The notes beneath the pieces are model-generated. The model made no database searches. It was not told where the DNA came from and saw nothing but the letters and a program-made list of their open reading frames with translations. A program made the position numbers and the translations under genes. Positions 54,915 through 64,000 of a DNA stretch of 64,000 bases are shown one piece after another; positions within the stretch are counted from its first letter, which is position 1, and each line of letters begins with the position of its first letter. This DNA is from Candidatus Azotimanducaceae bacterium (GTDB lineage Bacteria; Pseudomonadota; Gammaproteobacteria; Pseudomonadales; Azotimanducaceae), in contig OZ241354.1 in NCBI GenBank assembly GCA_965199945.1, positions 996,638-1,060,637 on the forward strand, read 5' to 3'.

Positions 54915-57281
54915 CTAGGCCGCGTCCCGCGCCCGTGCGACGCGCCGCGTCAGCAGGTCGTCGATGCTTGCGCCGTCGTAGCCCAGTTCTTCAAGCAGCG
55001 CCCGTGTCGAATCGCCCATCGCGCTTGCGCCGCCGTAGGCAACGCCTTTGGCGAAACGCGCCATGGGGCCGTTGCGGTAGTAGTCGCCCCAGTCCGGGTG
55101 GACGGCGGGCACGCGCAGCTCCTCGATTCCGCAGTGCGGGTCGTTGAGAAAGAAATCCGGCGGCTGCGCCCCGTCGGCGCGTACGCAGCCGACGCCCTTG
55201 GGGGCCAGACGGCGCTCGAAGTCGTCTGCGTCGCCGTTGGCGAAGGTCGCCTCGAGCATATTCGCGAGTGCTCCGGCGTCGCCGCCCGCGAGCGGGTTGT
55301 CCGCGGTCTTCAGCCCGAGCTCCGTCGCCAGAATCTCCCATTCGCTTTCGTTCGCCACCATCAGGAAGACCCAGCCGTCGCGGCAGCGGTAGAGGCGGTG
55401 CAGCGGGCCCAGGCCGTAGCCCTCGGCGTCCACCGGCGGGCGCTGGGGCTTGCCGGGGTGGGACAGGAAGTCGTCCCAGTTGGCGTAGGCGTTGGCGCCG
55501 AACATGTCCACGAAGATCTTCTGCCCATGACCAAGCGCGCGGCGGGCGGCGAGGCCGAGCAGGGCGGTCGTGGCCACCACCATCGACGTGTTCGGGTCCG
55601 GGTTCACTTCGTTGGCGCGCAGCAGCTTGCGCGCCGTCTCGCGCAGCTCGTCGATGGACTGCGCGGCGTCCGCCGGCGGCAGGCCGCCAAGCTGCCAGAC
55701 CACGCCGCCGAGCGCCGCGCCGGGGATCGGATGGGTGGACGGCCGCTTCGCCCCCGGCCCGGCCGGGCCGTAGCCGTTGGCGGAGACGTAGACGAGGTTC
55801 GGATTCAGCGCCGCCAGATCGTCGTAGCCGATGCCGAGCTTCTCCGGCACGCCCATGCGGTAGTTGTGGATCCAGACGTCCGCCTTGGCGGCGAGGGACT
55901 GCGCGATGGTCTGGCCCTCGGGGGACTTCAGGTCGAGGCAGATGCTCTCCTTGCCGGCGTTGCACTTGGACGCGCCGAAGCCGTGGAACATGCTGCGGAA
56001 GGGATCGCCGCCGAGCGGTTCGATCTTGATGACGCGAGCGCCCAGATCGGCCAGCACAGAAGCGCCGAGCGGGGCGGCGATGATGGTGGCGCTCTCCACC
56101 ACGGTGACGCCGTGCAGCGGGCGCTGCGGCGCGGCGCCGTTGCTCCGGGGCACAGTCACGGAACGCGGCGTGAGGTCCTTGAAGGTCGTCTCCCTGGCGG
56201 CTTCTCCAGCCTTGCCCGGCGATTGCGTCAGATTCGCAAGCAGGCCGAGCTGCTTGCCGCCGTTGCGTTCCACCACGTGGCCATTGGCGACGATGTCCGG
56301 ATCCTCGAGCGCGTCCTGGGTCGTCTGGTAGGGATGGGAGACCACGCCGCCGTCGGACACGAAGATGTCCGTCCATTCGGCCAGCGTCTTGGTCTGCATG
56401 TGCGTAAACAGACGGTCGCGGAATCCTTCCAGCGTCTCGCGCGGCCAGCGCATGGGGTCGCCTTCGTATTTCGGGTCGCGCAGTTCGTCGGCGAGCCCGG
56501 AGGCGCGGAAGAAGTTGGCCAAGAGGTGCGGCAGCAGGTTGCCCAGTTGCAGCCAATGGCCGTCCTTGGTGCGCACCGGGTGGTAGTTCAGCGTCGGCAT
56601 GGACTTGGTGCGGTCCCGAGCCGCCTGCGGGCGCTCCAGAATCCCTTTGTCCCACAGCTGGGCCATGGCCATGATGCCCATCTCGTAGGGCATCATGCCG
56701 CGCAGCATGGAGGTGTCGAAGGAGAAGCCGTGGCCGGTCGCCTCGCTCCCCGCCAAGGCGGCCAAGAGCGCTGCCGCGGCGCTCTGCGCGGTGGCGTGAA
56801 CGCCGACTTGCAGCGCGGCGTAGTTCGGGCCGTCGCGGTCGGCCACGCCGGCGAAGGAGAGCATGCGCCCGGACTTCGCCGCCACCACCGGTTCGTAGCC
56901 GGGGTAGGCCGCGTAGGGGCCGTCTTCGCCGAAGCCCTCGATGACGCCAAGCACGAGGTCCGGCCGCCCGAGCGCGTCGCGGTCGAGGCCCAGGTGCGCA
57001 CGCTGTTCCCTGTTCAGCGTCGTCAGCACGGCATCCGCCGACTCTGCGATCAGTCGCCGCACTTTCGCCGCGTCTTCGGCATCGCGCAGATCCGCGCGCA
57101 CCAGCTGCTTGCCGCGGGTCCACAACGGCCAGGACGCCATGTTGGAGAACGCATCGCCCTCGGCGGGCACGATCTTCACGACCTCGGCGCCGAAATCGGC
57201 GAGGACCATGGTGGCCAGGCCGGATGCCGGGCCGATGCCCAGCTCGACGATGCGGAAACGGGAGAGCGGCGCCATGGACAT
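54915..57281 (-). CDS. Tandem-domain family III CoA-transferase (two CaiB/BaiF-like domains fused)
   Basis: Within ORF 54915..57335. MSMAPLSRFRIVELGIGPASGLATMVLADFGAEVVKI, then a second copy PLHGVTVVESATIIAAPLGASVLADLGARVIKIEP. Confidence 0.8.
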   Translation of the reverse strand: MSMAPLSRFRIVELGIGPASGLATMVLADFGAEVVKIVPAEGDAFSNMASWPLWTRGKQLVRADLRDAEDAAKVRRLIAESADAVLTTLNREQRAHLGLDRDALGRPDLVLGVIEGFGEDGPYAAYPGYEPVVAAKSGRMLSFAGVADRDGPNYAALQVGVHATAQSAAAALLAALAGSEATGHGFSFDTSMLRGMMPYEMGIMAMAQLWDKGILERPQAARDRTKSMPTLNYHPVRTKDGHWLQLGNLLPHLLANFFRASGLADELRDPKYEGDPMRWPRETLEGFRDRLFTHMQTKTLAEWTDIFVSDGGVVSHPYQTTQDALEDPDIVANGHVVERNGGKQLGLLANLTQSPGKAGEAARETTFKDLTPRSVTVPRSNGAAPQRPLHGVTVVESATIIAAPLGASVLADLGARVIKIEPLGGDPFRSMFHGFGASKCNAGKESICLDLKSPEGQTIAQSLAAKADVWIHNYRMGVPEKLGIGYDDLAALNPNLVYVSANGYGPAGPGAKRPSTHPIPGAALGGVVWQLGGLPPADAAQSIDELRETARKLLRANEVNPDPNTSMVVATTALLGLAARRALGHGQKIFVDMFGANAYANWDDFLSHPGKPQRPPVDAEGYGLGPLHRLYRCRDGWVFLMVANESEWEILATELGLKTADNPLAGGDAGALANMLEATFANGDADDFERRLAPKGVGCVRADGAQPPDFFLNDPHCGIEELRVPAVHPDWGDYYRNGPMARFAKGVAYGGASAMGDSTRALLEELGYDGASIDDLLTRRVARARDAA

Positions 57282-57352
57282 GCCTCGTCGCAACACAAGG
57301 GCGGCACTTTGCGCGAGCAACGCCCTTTGGGTCAACCGCCGTGGGCGATAGG

Positions 57353-57361
57353 GGTGTGCGA
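57353..57361. repeat. Target-site duplication (left), GGGCGATAG
   Basis: An identical 9-mer is found at 58879-58887, immediately outside the IS inverted repeats. Confidence 0.85.
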
Positions 57362-58878
57362 CGTTTTAGTGCGCTAGGCGCTCCGGCGCGGGGATTGGCG
57401 GTCCGCGACGCTGTCGCCAGAAGTCGTCGTACAGTCCGCTGCGGATGCAGGCGCGCAGGGGCAGGATGTCGTTGGCGCCGGCCCTGCTCCAGCGCATGCC
57501 GCCGCGTTTGAAGCGGGCGGCGACCAGCGTGCCGCAGGAGCTTTCGACCACGCCCGAGCCGACCAGCAGCCCCATGGCGCGGTAGCGCGGATAGCGCATC
57601 CGGCTGCGGTTGTTCACGAAGTAGCCGATGGCCTTGTCGGCGGCCGGCTCGCCGGCGTGCCGGCGCAGTTCGCGCAGCACGTCCTTGATGCGTCCCTCGG
57701 AGAGCGCCGCGCAGACCTTCTCCGACCACGCCCGGCACTGCCGCGCGCCGGCGCCGTGCACGGCGCGCCCGACCTCCCACAGCCGCTCGCGGGCGTGCCA
57801 GATGTCGACGATGCAGACGGCGTTCGGGAACAGTTCCGCGGCGGTGTTCCAGATCCACTTCGCGCCGTCCCCGACCACCACCTGCCGCTTCGCCGCCGCG
57901 AACCCGAACCGCTGCGCCGCCCGCCACAGCCGCTGCGCGAACGGCGACGGCTGCGGGTCGGCGTCCTTCGAACGCGCGCTGTCGATCGCCGCCGTGTGCC
58001 GCGCCGAACCCGCGTCCCGCTCCGGCAGGCCGGTCCTCGGACTCCGCTCCGCCGTGTGGAACACCGCCACCTTCGCCTCCCGCGTCTTCGCCGGCTGGCC
58101 GTCCTCCCCCGTGCCGGCGTCCCGCCGCACCATCGGCACGCCCGTGCCGTCCGGACTGCAGTACATCGTCTCCGCCGGCGCCTCGGCCAGCCCCGGCGCC
58201 GACCGGTCCCACGCCGCGATCTCCCGCCCCGCCTGCTTCGCCGCCCGCTCCGCGCGCTTCGCCGTCGCCCAGACCCCGGCCTGCCGGCCCAGACTCTCCG
58301 CCGCCTTCGCGAAGCTCTTCTCCGACGCCTCCTCCGCCAGCGCCCGCAGCGCCGCCGGCGTCAGCCGGACGCCAGCCCGCCCCGCCACCCCCAGCGCGCG
58401 GTCCAGCGGATGCGCCCCGCCCTTCGCGCACGGGCACGTCCAGTAGCCGCGCTTCAACTCCAGGCGGCCCAGCAGCGACAGCGGCGACAGCGCGCGCGTG
58501 CCCCGGCGATGCATCCTCGCGCCGCACCCCTCGCACAACGGCGCGTCCAACTCCCCGTCCAGCTCCGACAGCACCTCCGACGCGCCCCGCGCCGCGCCGC
58601 GCAGAACCGCCCCGCGCAGATCCTCCTCGAACTCCAGGCAGCCCCGTCCGCTCCCCAGCATCTCCCGGCAACGCTCCCGGAACTCCGGCGACGACGCCAG
58701 CAGCATCCGAACGCCGTCTCCCAGAAACGCCCACGCCTCCTTGCGTTCCAGCGCCTCCCGCGCCAACATCCCGTCCGTCATCGCGATTCCGTCCGCTTTG
58801 GTTGTCGATACCCTCAGCATATGCCGGAATCGCGATGGCCCCTTCAACCCTCCCAGCGCACTAAAACGTCGCACACCC
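57362..58878 (-). mobile_element. Insertion sequence (1,517 bp), ISKra4-family type, with perfect 24-bp terminal inverted repeats
   Basis: IR-L is GGGTGTGCGACGTTTTAGTGCGCT (57362-57385). IR-R is AGCGCACTAAAACGTCGCACACCC (58855-58878), its exact reverse complement. The element is flanked by a 9-bp direct repeat. Confidence 0.9.
57366..58781 (-). CDS. ISKra4-family transposase
   Basis: The last 471 codons of ORF 57366..59213, starting MTDGMLAREALERKEAW (ATG 58781, inside the IS). CxxC...CxC zinc-like region (CEGCGARMHRRG...YWTCPC) and core VVGDGAKWIWN...VDIWHARERLWE. The stop codon lies within IR-L. Confidence 0.8.
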   Translation of the reverse strand: MTDGMLAREALERKEAWAFLGDGVRMLLASSPEFRERCREMLGSGRGCLEFEEDLRGAVLRGAARGASEVLSELDGELDAPLCEGCGARMHRRGTRALSPLSLLGRLELKRGYWTCPCAKGGAHPLDRALGVAGRAGVRLTPAALRALAEEASEKSFAKAAESLGRQAGVWATAKRAERAAKQAGREIAAWDRSAPGLAEAPAETMYCSPDGTGVPMVRRDAGTGEDGQPAKTREAKVAVFHTAERSPRTGLPERDAGSARHTAAIDSARSKDADPQPSPFAQRLWRAAQRFGFAAAKRQVVVGDGAKWIWNTAAELFPNAVCIVDIWHARERLWEVGRAVHGAGARQCRAWSEKVCAALSEGRIKDVLRELRRHAGEPAADKAIGYFVNNRSRMRYPRYRAMGLLVGSGVVESSCGTLVAARFKRGGMRWSRAGANDILPLRACIRSGLYDDFWRQRRGPPIPAPERLAH

Positions 58879-58887
58879 GGGCGATAG
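58879..58887. repeat. Target-site duplication (right), GGGCGATAG
   Basis: See 57353-57361. Confidence 0.85.
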
Positions 58888-58911
58888 AATCCGCCGCGCA
58901 ACTTGGCTCGC

Positions 58912-60075
58912 ATGGAGAGACAGCCCGTCGTGGCCCTTCCGCGCAATCCGTCCATTACCTTCGGCGTCGAGGAGGAGTTCTTTCTCGTCGACCCGGAGAC
59001 CCGCGATCTCATCGCCGACCCGGCGCCGGGCATCTTCGAGGCCTGCGAGGCGGCGAAGGGCCCGCACAAGGTGGTGCCGGAGTTCCTGCGCTCGCAGATC
59101 GAAACCAACACCCGCGTCTGCGATTCCATCGCCGAACTGCGCGCGGCGCTGCTGGAAACGCGGCGGCTGGTAGTGGAGGGCGCGGAACAGCATGGCGCCG
59201 GCGTGCTGGCCACGGCGACGCATCCGTTCGCGGACTGGCAACTGCAGGTGCCGACGGCGCGCGAGCGCTACGAACGGTTCGCCGTCACCTACCAGGAAAG
59301 CGTGCGGCGCTTTCTGGTGGGCGGCATGCACATCCATGCCGGCTTCGACGACGCCGATGCGCGCATCCGCGTGATGACGGCGCTGCGCCGCCACCTGCCG
59401 CTGCTGCTGGCGCTGTCCACGTCGTCGGCGTTCAGCGCCGGGCGCGAGACCGGCTTCAAGTCGTCGCGCTTGAACCTCGTCGGCGCGCTGCCGCGCACGA
59501 ATCTGCCGCCGCCGCTGCACTCGCTGCGCGACTACGAACTGCTGGTCGATGACTACAAGCAGTTGGAGTTCATCCAGGACGGCAGCGAGCTGTGGTGGGA
59601 CCTGCGCCCCTCGGCGCGCTATCCGACCATCGAACTGCGCATCTGCGACGTCTGCCCGCGCCTCGACGAAGCCATCGGCATCGCCGCGCTCTACGCCTGC
59701 CTGATTTCGCGCCTGCTTCGCACCGGCGCAGCGGCTTGGCCGGCCGAGCCGCCGACGGAGCTGATCGCGGAGAACCGCTGGCTGGCCTCGCGCTACGGCG
59801 TGCTGGCGTTCTTCGGCAACATGGCGGTGGGCGGGCGCGTCGACATCGACGACTACGCCGAGCGGCTGATCGACGATCTGCGCGAAGACGCACAGGCGCT
59901 TGGCTGCGAAGCGGAACTCGAGAGCATCCGCGCCATCATCCGCGAAGGGGCCGCGGCGGACAGGCAGATCGACCTGTATCGGCTGCGCAAGCTCGAGGGA
60001 GACGACGACGCGAGCGCTTTGCGCGCGGTGGTGGACCTGGGCCTCGCCGAAACGCGCTCCGGCCTCGGCCTTTAG
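58912..60075 (+). CDS. Carboxylate-amine ligase (YbdK / glutamate-cysteine ligase family 2)
   Basis: Within ORF 58903..60075. ITFGVEEEFFLVD...RSQIETNT...VGGMHIHAG...WWDLRPSARYPTIELRICD. Confidence 0.85.
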   Translation: MERQPVVALPRNPSITFGVEEEFFLVDPETRDLIADPAPGIFEACEAAKGPHKVVPEFLRSQIETNTRVCDSIAELRAALLETRRLVVEGAEQHGAGVLATATHPFADWQLQVPTARERYERFAVTYQESVRRFLVGGMHIHAGFDDADARIRVMTALRRHLPLLLALSTSSAFSAGRETGFKSSRLNLVGALPRTNLPPPLHSLRDYELLVDDYKQLEFIQDGSELWWDLRPSARYPTIELRICDVCPRLDEAIGIAALYACLISRLLRTGAAAWPAEPPTELIAENRWLASRYGVLAFFGNMAVGGRVDIDDYAERLIDDLREDAQALGCEAELESIRAIIREGAAADRQIDLYRLRKLEGDDDASALRAVVDLGLAETRSGLGL

Positions 60076-60085
60076 CGGCGGCGCG

Positions 60086-62520
60086 ATGCGCCTGGCTCTC
60101 TGCCGAGTTGGCTGCCGAATCGTCTGCCTGCTCGGCATCTGCGCCGGCGCGCTCGCGCAGGAAGACGCCCGCTTCTCGGCCGAGGTGCGCCGCACCACCT
60201 ACGGCATTCCCCATGTGCGCGCCGCCGACTGGGGCGGCCTCGGCTACGGCCTGGGCCATGCCTACGCGCAGGACAACTACTGCGTGGTGATGCGCGACAT
60301 CGTCCATGCGACCAGCCGCTCGGCGGAGTTCTTCGGCGAGCTCGACGGCGATGCGACGGCCGATTTCGTGCTGCGCCTGGTGCTCGGCACGAAGGCCGAG
60401 TTCCGCGCCAGCCATCTGCCGCCGCCGACAAGCGCCGGAGCGCGGCTGGTCGCCGGTTTCGCCGCCGGCATGAACCGCCATCTGCGCGAGACCAGTGCTG
60501 GCGCGTTGCCAGCGGGAGAGCGCGGCTGCCGCGCCGCGCCGTGGGTCTACGCCGTGGACGAGGTGGACGTGTGGATGCTGTTGGCGCGCCTCGCGCTGCA
60601 AGCGAGCAGCGACCATCCCTTGGTGCGCCACGCCATCTTCGATGCCTCGACGCCGGTGGCCGCGGCGGCATCGGGCACGACGAAGCCTCGGGGCGCGACG
60701 GCGCTGTCGCACGGCGAGTGGAGCAGGTTGCGGACCGACTTGCGCCGCTTCGGCCAAGCCCTCGCCAATTCCGAAGCAGGCAGCAACGCCATCGTCGTCG
60801 GGCGCGACCTGAGCCGCTCCGGGCACGGCCTGCTGCTGGCGAATCCGCACCGGCCCTGGGGCGGCAGCGGCAGCTTCTACGAGGCGCATCTGACCATTCC
60901 GGGCCAGTACGACGTCGCCGGCGCGACGTTGCCGGGCATGCCGCTCATCGGCATCGGCTTCAACCGCGACCTCGCCTGGACGCACACCATCTCCTTCGCC
61001 ACCCGCTTCATCCTCTACGAGCTGCGCCTGAACCCGCGCAACGCCGCGCAGTACCTCTACGACGGGCGCTTTCGGAACTTGACGACGAAGACCATCGCCG
61101 TGCTGGTGAAGGGCGACGACGGCCAAGTGCGCACCGTGCGGCGTGCGTTCCGCCTCTCGCACTTCGGCCCGCTGGTGGATCTTTCCAGCGTGAGCCCATT
61201 GCTCGGCGGCATGGTGGCGGCCATCCGCGACGCCAACGTCGGGCGCTACGCTGTGATGCTGGAACAGTATCTGCGCATGGGCCAGGCGGCCAATGTGACC
61301 GAGTTCGCGCAAGCGCTGCGCACCATCGGCGTCCCCGTCTTCCACACGCTTGCCGCCGACCGCGCTGGCGACGCCTTCTACGCCGAAGCCGCGCCCGTGC
61401 CCCGCGTCACCCAGGCCCAGCTCACCGCCTGCGTGAACACGCTGACGCGCATCCTGCTGCGCTTGCAGACCAACAACGCCGCGCTGGCCTTCGACGGCAG
61501 CACCTCGGGCTGCGAGTGGGGCCGGGATGCGGACAGTCCGGCGGATGCGGACATCTACGGCTTCGATGCGCGTCCCAAGCTGCGCACCACGGACTACGTG
61601 GCGAACGGCAACGACAGCTACTGGCTGAGCAACGCGGCGAACCCGCTTGCCGGCTATCCGGTGGTGTTCGGCTTCCTCGGCTTCGAGAACCGCCAGCAGC
61701 AGTTGCGCACGCGCCTCGGCCATCTGATGGTGGCGGAACAGCGCGACGCCGGCTTCGACCTCGCGGCCTTGAAGCGGCTGCTCTATCGGCACCGCGTCCA
61801 CGCCGCGAGCTGGTGCTGGACGACGTGCTGCGGGTCTGCGCCCTGACGCCGGGCGCCGCCACCGGCGACAGCGCCGTGGCGCGGGCAAAGCGCGCCTGCG
61901 GTGTCCTTCGGGAGTGGGACCGCCGCGCCGACCACTCGAGCCGCGGCGCCCAGGTCTTCACCGAGTTCTGGCGCGCCGTTCGCGCCGAACTGAGCAGCTT
62001 CTTCACCAGCGTGGTGGGCAGTCCGAACTTCTGGGCCGTAGGCTTCGACCCAAGCGCGCCGCTCACGACGCCGCGCGGCATCGACACTGCGAACGCGGCG
62101 AATCGCGAGCTGGTGATCGCCGCCTTGAGCGACGCGGTTGCCGCCCTTGAAGCAGCGGGCGTGGCACTCGATGCGCCTTGGCGCGACGTGCAGTTCGACG
62201 CCCGGGGCCCCGAGCGCCTGCCGATTCACGGCGGCGACGGCAACATGGGCGTGTACGCGGCGATTTCCGCCGAGCTGGGCGACGGCGGCTATTCGCGCAT
62301 CGAGTCCGGCAATTCCTACGTGCAGGCCGTCACGTGGGACGCCACCGCATGCCCGCTGGCCGACACCATCCTCGCGCACTCCCAGTCGGCCGACCCGCAA
62401 TCTCCGCACCACCGCGACCAGACCGCCCTCTATTCCGCCAAGCAGTGGCTTCGCTTTCCATTCTGCGAGGCGCAGATCGCCGCCGAGCAGATCGGCGAAA
62501 CGCTGCTGCTGGAGGAGTAG
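60086..62520 (+). pseudogene. Ntn-hydrolase acylase (penicillin/AHL acylase, PvdQ/QuiP-like) interrupted by a 1-nt frameshift
   Basis: The N-terminal part lies in the frame of ORF 59900..61846: signal MRLALCRVGCRIVCLLGICAGALA, TTYGIPHVRA, and the nucleophile motif EAGSNAIVVG. The C-terminal part lies in the frame of ORF 60541..62520 (ELVLDDVLRVC...HSQSADPQSPHHRDQTALYSAKQW). The frames switch near 61803-61809; adding a G (GCCGCG-G-AGCTG) restores ...RVHAAELVLDD.... Confidence 0.75.
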
Positions 62521-62583
62521 GGCGAACCGCCGGCTCCCGGCCTATTTCGGGGCCCCTTTTCACGCACACCTTGCGCGCCTTGA

Positions 62584-62604
62584 TACTGTATCCATATCCA
62601 CATA
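62584..62604 (+). promoter_or_regulatory. Candidate degenerate SOS (LexA) box upstream of imuA
   Basis: TACTGTATCCATATCCACATA. The left half matches the gamma-proteobacterial consensus TACTGTAT, but the right half (CCAC instead of ACAG) does not. Confidence 0.25.
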
Positions 62605-62640
62605 TTCTCGCATCCCGCTGTGCGAAAAGCTGCTTTGCGA

Positions 62641-63432
62641 ATGGCATTTGGTCTTCGTTCCGGCTCGAAAGCCGTTGCCGGGCTCGGCGCCGCGTTTGCC
62701 GCGACGGGCGCGGTTTCCGATGTGTGGCGGGCGGGCGATGCGGCGGCGGCTCGCGGCGCCTGGCAGGGGGACGAAGGCGGAGTGCCGACCGGCTTCGCCG
62801 CTTTGGATGCCGCCTGCCTGCATCGCGGTTGGCCGCGGGCGGGATTGACGGAACTGCTGTGCGACGCCTGCGGCATCGGCGAATTGCGCCTGCTGGCGCC
62901 GGGGCTCGCGGCGTTGTGCCGGAACGAGGCGCGGGCAATCGCGCTGGTCATGCCGCCTTTCGTGCCCTATCCGCCGGCGCTGCGGGACATCGGGGTGGAT
63001 GTCGCCATGGTGCTGCTGATTCGTCCCCGAAATCAGCGCGAGGCGCTTTGGGCGATGCAGCAGGCGCTTGGAACCGGCGCTTGCAGCGCCGTGCTCGGCT
63101 GGCTGCCGGAAACGAGCCTGGGATTCGCCAATCTGCGGCGGCTGCTGCTGGCCGCTCGCCAAGGCGAAGCCTGGGGCTGCCTGTTTCGTCCGGCGCAAGC
63201 TACCGAAAGCGCCTCTGCCGCCGAGCTGCGTCTGCATCTGTCGCCCCTTCCAGGTGGCCGCCTGCGAGTGGACATCGTCAAGCGGCGGGGCGGTTGGCCG
63301 TTGTCCGGCATCGAGCTCGATGTCGGGGCGCAAGGCGGTCCCGGCCGGAGGCTGAGCGGCGCCCCGGCCATGCCTTCGCTGCGGCACTGCGCCGAGTTGC
63401 CGGCGCAGGGAACCCAAGTGCGCAGCGCTTGA
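62641..63432 (+). CDS. imuA: Translesion-synthesis-associated protein ImuA (SulA/RecA-fold)
   Basis: Within ORF 62620..63432. VPTGFAALDAACLHRGWPRAGLTELL...GIGELRLLAPGLAAL. Immediately followed by imuB. Confidence 0.8.
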   Translation: MAFGLRSGSKAVAGLGAAFAATGAVSDVWRAGDAAAARGAWQGDEGGVPTGFAALDAACLHRGWPRAGLTELLCDACGIGELRLLAPGLAALCRNEARAIALVMPPFVPYPPALRDIGVDVAMVLLIRPRNQREALWAMQQALGTGACSAVLGWLPETSLGFANLRRLLLAARQGEAWGCLFRPAQATESASAAELRLHLSPLPGGRLRVDIVKRRGGWPLSGIELDVGAQGGPGRRLSGAPAMPSLRHCAELPAQGTQVRSA

Positions 63433-63476
63433 GTGCGGGCGCGACGATGCAAGTGTTCGTTTGAGCAGCGCCGAAC

Positions 63477-64000
63477 ATGGAAGCGCTCTGGCTGGCCGCC
63501 CACTTTCCCGCGCTTGGGTTCGAGAACCACTGTCGCGCCGCTGCCGACAACGTTGACGGCCGGCCCATGGCGCTGGTCGAGAACAGAAGGATCGTGCAGG
63601 TGAATGCGCCGGCGGAGCGCCTTGGCTTGGAAACCGGCACGACGCTGGCAACCGCCGTCGCCATCGTCGACGAACTGGCGTACTTCGAGCGCGACCTCGA
63701 CGAGGAGCGCCGGCGCTTGGCATGGCTCGGCCTTGCCTGCTATCGCTATTCCTCCCGCGTGAGCGTCGAGCCGCCAGCCGGTCTGCTTGTGGAGGCGGGC
63801 GGCAGTTCGCAATTGTTCGGCGGCTTGCAAACGCTGGCCGAGGCACTGAACTGTCGGTTTCGGCGTCTCGGCCACGCGGCGAACATCGCCGTCGCCGCAA
63901 CGCCGGCCGCGGCGACGGCGCTGGCGCGTACGAACGAGGGAGTGTTTCTTGCGGAGGATGCCGCCGCGGCGCTGCATCGCGTTCCGCTTGCCTGCGCGGA
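63477..64000 (+). CDS. imuB: Y-family DNA polymerase ImuB (5' part; runs off the window)
   Basis: My translation from ATG 63477 reads MEALWLAAHFPALGFENHC...RPMALVENRRIVQVNAPAERLGLETGTTLATAVAI...YRYSSRVSVEPPAGLLVEAGGSSQLFGG. This is the typical ImuB N-terminus. Confidence 0.8.
   Translation, partial: MEALWLAAHFPALGFENHCRAAADNVDGRPMALVENRRIVQVNAPAERLGLETGTTLATAVAIVDELAYFERDLDEERRRLAWLGLACYRYSSRVSVEPPAGLLVEAGGSSQLFGGLQTLAEALNCRFRRLGHAANIAVAATPAAATALARTNEGVFLAEDAAAALHRVPLACA

Noticed and set aside
58782-59213. N-terminal 144 codons of ORF 57366..59213, which would extend the transposase beyond the IS
   Set aside because: This part crosses the IS inverted repeat and target duplication and is antisense to the ybdK-like gene. 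The transposase start must lie inside the element (ATG 58781).

Overview
Very GC-rich bacterial chromosome segment. The uvrC-pgsA-tRNA and rpsB-tsf arrangement looks proteobacterial, probably gammaproteobacterial. All calls come from reading the ORF track and the raw sequence by eye, with no searches run. Domain-level coordinates inside genes are approximate (about +/-30 nt).

Housekeeping backbone: dsbD-like (partial), thyX, a ydbS/ydbT-like PH-domain pair, long-form GAPDH, a DUF503 gene, uvrC, pgsA, tRNA-Cys, tRNA-Leu, tsf, rpsB, tRNA-Gly, and imuA/imuB at the right edge.

Accessory content, in window order:
1. A lower-GC islet (about 5.1-7.9 kb) with a Dam-type methylase convergent with a frameshifted NYN-domain gene.
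2. A roughly 7-kb insertion (13.2-20.25 kb) bracketed by 32-bp direct repeats that duplicate the 3' end of a cytochrome c gene. It carries a lasso-like RiPP cluster: an Asn-synthetase-type cyclase, an HprK-like kinase fused to a sulfotransferase, and a PqqD chaperone. No B2 leader peptidase and no convincing precursor gene are visible. The cluster contains a 21-nt poly-G/C tract. The insertion also carries two tandem Uma2-family nuclease genes, each preceded by a conserved 17-codon uORF and 42-bp hairpin repeats.
3. A xoxF/J/G-like operon for a PQQ dehydrogenase predicted to be lanthanide-type.
4. A tightly spaced minus-strand array: a heptad-repeat membrane protein, two S8 peptidases, an orphan NuoF/FdsB-like flavoprotein, a PhyH dioxygenase, a rhomboid protease and a P-loop ATPase.
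5. Divergent from that array, an intact 18.9-kb gene for a 6,307-aa secreted repeat protein. It has 8 Ca-binding/GLUG beta-helix modules, He_PIG, Ig-like and Calx-like domains, FN3 and LRR.
6. An ISKra4-type IS with perfect 24-bp terminal inverted repeats and a 9-bp target-site duplication.
7. A frameshifted AHL/penicillin-acylase gene.

The giant-protein locus with its divergent protease/oxidoreductase/ATPase array, and the incomplete kinase-sulfotransferase RiPP islet, are my best candidates for something new.
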